A DNA stretch of 64,000 nt from Candidatus Multivoradales bacterium (lineage in GTDB: Bacteria > Acidobacteriota > Thermoanaerobaculia > Multivoradales > J023): assembly GCA_965248925.1 (NCBI GenBank), contig CBDFLE010000006.1, positions 1,184,001-1,248,000 of the forward strand. The letters run 5' to 3'. Of the stretch, positions 22,688 to 29,842 are shown piece by piece. Position 1 is the first letter of the stretch. Each line of letters starts with the position of its first letter. The notes beneath the pieces were generated by a model. It worked only from the letters and a program-made list of their open reading frames with translations. It ran no database searches and was not told the origin of the DNA. Made by a program: the position numbers and the translations under genes.

Positions 22688-23382
22688 CGGTGGCCTGCCC
22701 TCCCAGGGGCGGCAAGAGACCTGGCGAGATGTCGGTGTAGAGCGCCCTGACGGCCTCGAAAAGGTGGTCGTCGAACGCGGCTTAGAGCCCAAGAGCCAGG
22801 TGCGGATCAACTGGTTTGGTGACGCCCCCTGGAGTCGCCAGGAGCATCACGTGCTGATCACCTTCAGCAGCGCCCTGGGGAATCGCTTGCGCGAGGTGCT
22901 GCGCGAAGATCTCGGCGGCACTTACGGCGTCTCCGTCGGCGGTCAATTGAGCCGGCGACCTCGCTCGACCTACGGTTTTCAGATTGGTTTTGGCTGTTCT
23001 CCGGAAAACGTCGACGAACTCACCGAGGCGGTTTTCGCCGAGATTCGCCGAGTCCGCACCGCAGGTCTCGACCCGAAGTACCTGGAAAAAGCCAAAGAAG
23101 CCCAACGCCGCCGCCGCGAAACTCAGCTGCGGGAAAACGGCTCTTGGCTAGCGGCCCGCAGAACCTACCTGACCTTCGACACCGACCCGCGGCTGCTGCT
23201 GCGCTACGACGAACTGGTCGATGGCGTCACCAACCAAGACCTGCAAGAAGCCACTGAGCGCTATCTGTCGCTCGATCACTATGTGCTGGGAGTCCTGCTG
23301 CCCGAGGCCAGCGCAGAAAAAAGCACCGAGCCTGTTTCTTGAGCTACACCTCGCTGGCTCCTTTGCCGTAGCGTGGTCCAGC
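22688..23382 (+). pseudogene. Duplicated 3' end of the M16 peptidase gene (direct repeat copy 2)
   Basis: Encodes GGLPSQGRQE...EKSTEPVS (stop 23342), nearly identical to 11567-12261. Lacks the 5' three quarters and a real start. Confidence 0.93.
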
Positions 23383-23398
23383 CGAGCCTGCTGCTCAC

Positions 23399-24235
23399 TC
23401 ACTCGTGAGCGAGCAGTATCTCGAGCACGATCGGCTCGCCCGCAGGATTGACGGCATAGACTCCGATCTCAGCAGCCACTTGAGTTTCGGTCTCAAGCAC
23501 CAGACCTTTGGCACCGGCGGCGCGTTGCGCCAGCTGAACCCCAGCAACCAGCCGGGGAGGCCCGCCGTGAGTCTCAGGCACGGGCGCTCTGCTGCTCGGC
23601 ATGCTCTGCTCAAGGCTCTCGACATCCGGCGCCAAGATCACCACCAGACGCTCGGTCCCGCGACGGTGATCGAAGCGAAACCACGCATCGGGCCCTGGCA
23701 AGATGCGATCGATGCCGGCTCGCATGGTGCGATCAACAAGCCCCTTGTGCGGGGCCGGGAAGAGCACCGACGCGGCGCCTGCCGATAGTTGCAGCAACGA
23801 AATCACCCCATCGCGATTGCTTTCGCAGTGCAGCCGAATGCGCTCACCACTGCGAAACGTCCGCGATGGACTGACCTCTATAACCTCGGTCACCCCGTCC
23901 TCGACCAACTCCACCCAACATCTCAAGCCAAGGTTTCGGGGCCGGTGGACGACGGGCTGAGCGCTCAGCTCGCTGCCTGCCGGTGGCTCGGTGCGAGGGT
24001 GCGCGACTCTCTCCCCTTTCACATCGCTGGCCGGAGCCAGCGAAACCAGCTCCCCCACGCCGCCATCGGGAGCAAAGAACAGCTCTTTGGCACCAGCAGC
24101 GGAGGCCGGGGCCGGCTGGGACTCAGCAGCGGTCAACCCGGCCGGCACCCAGCCGGCGAGCAACAGCCCAAAGACCCACGCTTGAATGACGAGAGCGCCC
24201 ATCCCCACCTTCTGAATTGATGTCTTGGGTCCCAC
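23399..24235 (-). CDS. Secreted DUF4384-like domain protein
   Basis: Signal peptide, then LGLRCWVEL, FRSGERIRLHCESNRDG, VLFP, WFRFDHRRGTERLVVIL and IVLEILLAHE. RBS GGAGG. Confidence 0.75.
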   Translation of the reverse strand: MGPKTSIQKVGMGALVIQAWVFGLLLAGWVPAGLTAAESQPAPASAAGAKELFFAPDGGVGELVSLAPASDVKGERVAHPRTEPPAGSELSAQPVVHRPRNLGLRCWVELVEDGVTEVIEVSPSRTFRSGERIRLHCESNRDGVISLLQLSAGAASVLFPAPHKGLVDRTMRAGIDRILPGPDAWFRFDHRRGTERLVVILAPDVESLEQSMPSSRAPVPETHGGPPRLVAGVQLAQRAAGAKGLVLETETQVAAEIGVYAVNPAGEPIVLEILLAHE

Positions 24236-24246
24236 AATTACCTCCC

Positions 24247-25566
24247 TTAGCGCCGCTTAGCGTCAAAGTTCTGAATGCCCTCGATAATCCCTGAGCTGAC
24301 CTCGGCACGGGCCAGTTCGACCAAACCCATGGGCGAAGTGTCCAATGCCACCTGATCAGCCGATTTGATGGCCGACAAGATGATCTCGTCCGACAGCCCA
24401 GCCCTGCTCATCTCGATCACCGCCGCATTGGTCAGAGCCGGCTCGGCCTTCGAGCCCAGACCTTTGGCACCACTCAGGCGGCCACCCAGCGGTCGAGTGC
24501 TGGCCACGGCATTCGCACTCGCCGCGTCGGCATCGCTAAATTCAATCACCCGCTGAAACTGCTCCAGGGCCGAGCGCGCTCGATCGATCGGCGCCATCGC
24601 CTGTTTGCGCTCGGCGTCAAGACTCATCAATCCCTTGGCCATGGCCACCAACCCGTTGCCCTTGAATCCCACGGAAAAGAGCTTCTCTCCCGGGTTGAAC
24701 TGAATCGCCCGTTGATAGTGAGCGGTGGATTCTTCGAGATAGCGGATCGAGATCGCGGCCTCCTCTGCCAAGTAGCCAAGAGCCTCGTAGGCCACGCCCA
24801 GGGAGTACTCGCGATAGGACTCTTCTTTCGGCTTCGACCGCGGAGGCTGTGCCTCGAGGGCCTCCAAATAGGGATTCCAAAGTCCTCCACGGGCCAGATT
24901 GCGCAGCTCCTTGAGGCTACCCCCGGGCAGCAAAACACCGATGCTCTCGCGAGTCGGTGTCAAACCGCGGGCAATTTCTGCGACGGTGGAGTCGATCGAT
25001 CGGCGCTCTAGCTCAGCGCGGTTGGGAGCACCGCGCCCTTCTTCGAAGTCTTCGCTCCACTGCCGGCTGATGGTCTCCGCCGCCAACACTGACGCACTGC
25101 GCTTGTCAGTGACTTTGTAGGTCACGGCGAAAACATGGGAGAGCACCTTGAATTTGATCCGTTTGTCGACCAGGACGTACTGTTGCCGCCCTTTCGAGTC
25201 CTTGCCCGCCGGCACACTCTTCTTGACCGTTCGAGTCTCCCACCCCTCGCTGTAATCGTTGTCCACTAGCGCCACCTCGACCACCGTATCGGGACCTCGC
25301 TCATCGAGGATTAGACGGGAATCATTGCCCAACAACTCGCTCTCGAGCAAGGTCACCAGCTGCTTCTGCAGCGGGTCGCCAGCGTGCGACGAATCCGCTC
25401 TCACGTCGACGCGGGTCCCCGCAATATAGACATCCGCTGGCCTGACACGGTCGAGCTGTACGGTCGCCTTCTTCATCCCGAAACCCTCTTTGGAGGCCAG
25501 TTCCGCTACGCCGAGGAGCGGTAGCAAACAGAAAATAGATAGGGTTCGAATAACCGTTTTCATCAA
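24247..25566 (-). CDS. Secreted hypothetical protein with TPR-like segment and C-terminal LTN..VIEM..AGLSDEII helical domain
   Basis: Signal peptide, YSLGVAYEALG TPR-like helix, recognisable C-terminal two-repeat helical motif. RBS GGAGG. Confidence 0.65.
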   Translation of the reverse strand: MMKTVIRTLSIFCLLPLLGVAELASKEGFGMKKATVQLDRVRPADVYIAGTRVDVRADSSHAGDPLQKQLVTLLESELLGNDSRLILDERGPDTVVEVALVDNDYSEGWETRTVKKSVPAGKDSKGRQQYVLVDKRIKFKVLSHVFAVTYKVTDKRSASVLAAETISRQWSEDFEEGRGAPNRAELERRSIDSTVAEIARGLTPTRESIGVLLPGGSLKELRNLARGGLWNPYLEALEAQPPRSKPKEESYREYSLGVAYEALGYLAEEAAISIRYLEESTAHYQRAIQFNPGEKLFSVGFKGNGLVAMAKGLMSLDAERKQAMAPIDRARSALEQFQRVIEFSDADAASANAVASTRPLGGRLSGAKGLGSKAEPALTNAAVIEMSRAGLSDEIILSAIKSADQVALDTSPMGLVELARAEVSSGIIEGIQNFDAKRR

Positions 25567-25604
25567 GCATCCTCCATCTAGGAATGAGTTGGTTTGGAAA
25601 CTGC

Positions 25605-26840
25605 TCAGGGAGCCTGAAACAGGGGCACGACACCGAGGCGCAGGTCGGCTACGCCGCCACTCGGCTGTATTTCTGGGCGCTGAGTGAAGCCGCGATCGCG
25701 AACCACTGCCTGGTTGACCCGGTCGGCAAGCCGAGCAAAGGCTTCCCCCAAGGTCGGCGGCACCGAGCCCTGCAAACTATCGATCAAGTAGTGGGTAAAG
25801 TAGCTATTGCCGAGTTCTTCACTCTCCCACGAGCGCTCGTCGGCGCGGCTTGAGGTGACCACGTAAGTTCCTTCACCCGAAAGGAAACGCTCGGCCGTGC
25901 GCTGGTCGATGCCCGCCCCTTCCACCACCAGCTGCTTCGCCCCACGGGCCAATGCCTGGCCGCTGAAGCAGCTGTCGAGGAAAGTCACCACCCGGCGAGC
26001 CTGCAGCAAAGCCACCTTCGCCGCCAATGCCTGATACTCGATAGCATCCACCCATATGCTGTCGAGAAAGGTGTCGTGGGTTACCAAGTAGCCAACCCCT
26101 TTAAGGCCCTGGGACTTCTGATACGGCGAGCCATGACTGCTCAAATAGAGGACCACCAGATCGTCCTCCGCAGCGACCAGGATCAGTTGCTGCAGAGCAC
26201 TCAGGATCTTCGCTCGGGTCGCATCTTGGTCGGTCAGCAGAGTGACTGAGCCGGCCGGGAAATGGGCTTGCTGCACCAGGAAGTTGGCAAAGTCGGTAGC
26301 ATCCTTGGCGGTGAATCGCAGCTGTGGAATCGCGCTGTCGAGAAAACTGCCGATGCCGACCACCAAGGCAAACTTGCGCCGCACCGGCCCCAGCACCGGT
26401 GCGGGCGGCTCGGCTCCGGGACAGATCATCTGCTCGACCCCACTAAAGGCGGCCCGCTTTTTGAAGCTCTCTGCCTTGCGCCCATCGCCAAGGGCCAGAG
26501 CGCTGCAGTGGGACAGCAGCCACAGCTGGCCCAGGCTTGGGCACAATTCCCGAGCTGTTCCCAGCCGAACCAGAATCTGCCGGTGATCGGTATCCGACTG
26601 GCGTGGCATCGCCGCTACTTCTTCGACCATCTGCCGCGCACGGTTGCAGGCAGCGTTAACTGCCATCAAGGGCTGGCTCACCATTCCTAGCGCGCAGCCC
26701 AGCGCCAGCAACAACAATGACACCCGCCGCTGGCTGGCAGGTCCACGAGAGCCACGACCCACCCGGCCGCTGGCCAGCTCAGGTGCGTTTGCTGAGGGCA
26801 CGGAAGCAGGACGCCTTGCGTATGGGATTGAAGTCATCAT
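25605..26840 (-). CDS. Exported caspase-like protease (peptidase C14)
   Basis: KFALVVGI, LRFTAKDA, catalytic SSHG and LDSCFSG, TSSRADERSWE, SYFTHYL. Hydrophobic signal/TM segment and a Cys-containing N-domain. Start uncertain. Confidence 0.88.
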   Translation of the reverse strand: MMTSIPYARRPASVPSANAPELASGRVGRGSRGPASQRRVSLLLLALGCALGMVSQPLMAVNAACNRARQMVEEVAAMPRQSDTDHRQILVRLGTARELCPSLGQLWLLSHCSALALGDGRKAESFKKRAAFSGVEQMICPGAEPPAPVLGPVRRKFALVVGIGSFLDSAIPQLRFTAKDATDFANFLVQQAHFPAGSVTLLTDQDATRAKILSALQQLILVAAEDDLVVLYLSSHGSPYQKSQGLKGVGYLVTHDTFLDSIWVDAIEYQALAAKVALLQARRVVTFLDSCFSGQALARGAKQLVVEGAGIDQRTAERFLSGEGTYVVTSSRADERSWESEELGNSYFTHYLIDSLQGSVPPTLGEAFARLADRVNQAVVRDRGFTQRPEIQPSGGVADLRLGVVPLFQAP

Positions 26841-27477
26841 TGCTCTCGAGATCCTTGAGTACCTGGGATAAGTAAGGGGACTGCTCACGGCGCAACGCCG
26901 CCAGGCCACGGCCGAGGTGTTCGCACACGCGGTCGACCCGCCCCTCGCGAGCGAGCAACAAAGCTAGGTTGTAATGCGCCAGCCACAGATCGGGGTCGTG
27001 GGTAAGAGCCTTCTCGTAGGCCAGGTGCGCTTCTCGGGCGCGACCCAAGGCACCCTCGGCGGCAGCCAATTCGGACCACGAAAGGGCGTCGTCAGGGGCC
27101 AGGCGCGCCGCCTGAGCGAAGGAATCGCGGGCCCGCTGATGGCGCCCCTCTTGCGCCGCCTGACGACCGCGGCGGCGCCAGGAGTCAACCTCGCGGACTG
27201 CGGTGAATGAGTCGTCTTCAGACTCTTGCTCGATCTTGGTGCCCTCGCCCGGTGGGGTCACTCCCTCCTGCCCGCTCCAGAAAGCCACCAAACTCGCAAC
27301 GCCCACCACCGCCAGCACCACCGCAAATAACAGCCCGCGGCGAAAGCCACTCGTCGGCCGCTGCCAATCGTTCTCGCCACAGTTCGGACAACCTTCCAGG
27401 GGTGGTGGCGATGGCGCCCCCTGGCCACAGCAACGACAGTTCAGCCCGAAGGTAGGAATCTGAGTTACATCAACCAA
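26779..27477 (-). CDS. Zinc-ribbon / TM / TPR protein
   Basis: CRCC..CPNC, one TM, TPR motifs (YEKALTHDPDLWLAHYNLALLLA) and a D.DF.PIR tail. TTG start overlaps the upstream stop. Confidence 0.72.
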   Translation of the reverse strand: MVDVTQIPTFGLNCRCCGQGAPSPPPLEGCPNCGENDWQRPTSGFRRGLLFAVVLAVVGVASLVAFWSGQEGVTPPGEGTKIEQESEDDSFTAVREVDSWRRRGRQAAQEGRHQRARDSFAQAARLAPDDALSWSELAAAEGALGRAREAHLAYEKALTHDPDLWLAHYNLALLLAREGRVDRVCEHLGRGLAALRREQSPYLSQVLKDLESNDDFNPIRKASCFRALSKRT

Positions 27478-29842
27478 GGTTCTCTCCCGCCGACGGCAAC
27501 GAGCGCGAGCCACGCCTGCCACGGCCTAGCTTCTTGCGGCGGCTGGGATCGACTCCGTAGTCCGCCAGATTCAAAGTGGTATTGCTGCAGCGATCAAGAT
27601 GGTCGAGGGGATCGTGACGGCGCTCTATCTCGGAGGACGGCAGCTGCTGGCGAATCGCTTCGATGCGCTCCTGGACCGCCCGCAGCTCATCATCGTCGTC
27701 GTCTGGATCGATCCCGTCCGCCAGCAGTTTGGCTTTGCGCTGGCGCAGCAGGTCGAGTTCCTCGGTGAGGTCCCTGGCCAAATCGCGCTCGGCATCGACC
27801 TGCGCCTGCAACTGCTTGAGGCGAGCATCTCGGCGAATCTGGCCGGCGCCGATCTGCAGCTGAGTTTCCTGCTCTACCTCCGCAGTCAGGACCCGCACGC
27901 TCTGCGACTCACTGAGGGTTTGTGCACGCTTGAAACCGGTAAAAGCGATCGACAAGCCAAAGCTCGCGGCGATGGTCTCGCAGGTGGTGTCAAGAACCTC
28001 CTGCAAGGTCATGTGATCGCCCCGGTCGACATATTGCAGAAACTCACTCGGCATGGTGGCTAAGGTCGACTCGATCTCTTCACCCAACACCCGCTTGATC
28101 TCAGCGATCTCCTCTTCCGGTGAATCAAAGCGTCGCGATCTGAAAACATGCCAGCCTTGGCGATGAACCCCTAGAACTTCCACATTAGTAGTCAGCCGCA
28201 CCGTGTCCCGCTGGCCCTGGCTGCGCAGCGGATAGACCTCGACACTGAGCGGATGGAGCCGCGACATCAACGCCTCGACCCGCTGGGTGAGTTCACTCTC
28301 AAGGGGTTTGATGACGACCCGAACACCCTCCATCGCGAAATCCTTGCTGAGTAACTCGATGATCTCTTGCCGCAAAAGGTCAGCCACCGGCTTCTCAGTC
28401 GACCGATCCGAGCGGAAAAGACGCATGTAGACCCGTTCCGGACTCATTCCGTGCAAATGCCTGGCGACCTCGGCACTGACCTTTTTTTCGATGTCTTCAC
28501 TGAGCCGAGAGGCAGCCTCGGGATCGAGGTAGGCACTCAGTACGGGAGCGAAGATGTCGTTGATCTGACCGTTGACAACAATTCCTAACCGCGCTTCGAC
28601 CCGGGGATCCAAGGTGGCGAAGGTCTCTTCTATTTCGAGCGCGATCCCTTCCTTCCAACGCAGGGGTTCGAGTTGTGGAATTGTCGTCAACTGCTGCACT
28701 GAGTAACCTACCTGGGCCACTTGTTCCTCCATGGCCAACTTGAGGCGCTCAGCACCGATGGTTTGGCCGGGGGCGAACTCGACCAGCAGATCGCGATAGG
28801 TCATCTCGAACATCTGGCTGCGAGTCACCGCTTGGATACGCTCAGAAAACCAGGTGTTGATATCATCAATACCGGCGATACGCAGCTTGCCTAGATCCCG
28901 CAGTTCGAGCTGCACGACGTGGCTGACTTCCACCTTATGCACCGTGCCGCGGATGTCGCAGGTCACCGGATAGTGCTCACGCAGATGCTGGGGCGGCACC
29001 TCGGTGGCGGTCTGCGCCTCCAGCCGCAAGAATCCCAAGCGCCGGCCGGCGGGCACCAGCAGGTGCTGATCAAGATGTTGCTGCAGCCGCTCCCGCAAGC
29101 GGGTTCGCAAGTGGAAGATCAACTCGTGCAGACTCACATCCTTGGCCACGAACAGCCGGACCGCTTCGCTCACCAGCCGCTGCCACTCCTCACCTTCAGC
29201 ACCATGGCGCGCCACGGCGGCCGAATCTTCGACTTCGAGCTGAACTTCCACGTTGATCTCGATCACCTCGTCGGCGTCGCGAGCGTGAACCCGGAGGCGA
29301 TCTATGTTGAGATCGATGCGCTGTGGACGCACTTCGCCGCGAGCGCGGATCTGTACTTGTAGGATCAGCCCGAGTTCGCTGTCGGCAAGTTGCCCGAGAT
29401 GCTGCTCCAGCCGGCTGATCAACTGCGGGAAACGCTGGAAGACCTCAGACGGCGAGCCTTGCTTTTGCACGAAACTCTCGAGCTGCCTTTGCAACCAGCG
29501 ATCCAGCGCCACGCCGGGCCCCTCTCGACCCTGGCACAAGTTCGCCACCAGCCGAGCCTCCCCACCCGCTGGACAGCGGGCCCGGTAGACCATCTCCAGC
29601 TCCAGGCGCTCGGCAAAGCTGGCACCTTGGATTTCGCAGCGGGGACCCGGAGCCTCCGCTGCCAGCGAGCGGCTGAACACTCGGAAGTATCGCAGGTTCT
29701 TGCCCAACGTGAACCGAGGTTTGCGGTCGTAAGTGCGCCCGGTCTGGTTATCGATAACCACCAAGCGGCCACCGTCACATGGCGCGGCGGCTTTACTGGC
29801 ATCGATCTCGTATAGCACCTGGGCGAGAGCGTTTCTAGTCAT
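27470..29842 (-). CDS. Hypothetical protein with ~5 tandem SPFH/band-7-like modules and C-terminal coiled coil
   Basis: Repeated beta-beta / helices / G-beta units of ~110-125 aa ending GLILQVQI, GRRLGFLRL, GYSVQQL, AMEGVRVVI and GLSIAF, then a heptad-rich tail. ATG 29842 overlaps the upstream stop. The fold call is by eye. Confidence 0.55.
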   Translation of the reverse strand: MTRNALAQVLYEIDASKAAAPCDGGRLVVIDNQTGRTYDRKPRFTLGKNLRYFRVFSRSLAAEAPGPRCEIQGASFAERLELEMVYRARCPAGGEARLVANLCQGREGPGVALDRWLQRQLESFVQKQGSPSEVFQRFPQLISRLEQHLGQLADSELGLILQVQIRARGEVRPQRIDLNIDRLRVHARDADEVIEINVEVQLEVEDSAAVARHGAEGEEWQRLVSEAVRLFVAKDVSLHELIFHLRTRLRERLQQHLDQHLLVPAGRRLGFLRLEAQTATEVPPQHLREHYPVTCDIRGTVHKVEVSHVVQLELRDLGKLRIAGIDDINTWFSERIQAVTRSQMFEMTYRDLLVEFAPGQTIGAERLKLAMEEQVAQVGYSVQQLTTIPQLEPLRWKEGIALEIEETFATLDPRVEARLGIVVNGQINDIFAPVLSAYLDPEAASRLSEDIEKKVSAEVARHLHGMSPERVYMRLFRSDRSTEKPVADLLRQEIIELLSKDFAMEGVRVVIKPLESELTQRVEALMSRLHPLSVEVYPLRSQGQRDTVRLTTNVEVLGVHRQGWHVFRSRRFDSPEEEIAEIKRVLGEEIESTLATMPSEFLQYVDRGDHMTLQEVLDTTCETIAASFGLSIAFTGFKRAQTLSESQSVRVLTAEVEQETQLQIGAGQIRRDARLKQLQAQVDAERDLARDLTEELDLLRQRKAKLLADGIDPDDDDDELRAVQERIEAIRQQLPSSEIERRHDPLDHLDRCSNTTLNLADYGVDPSRRKKLGRGRRGSRSLPSAGENLG

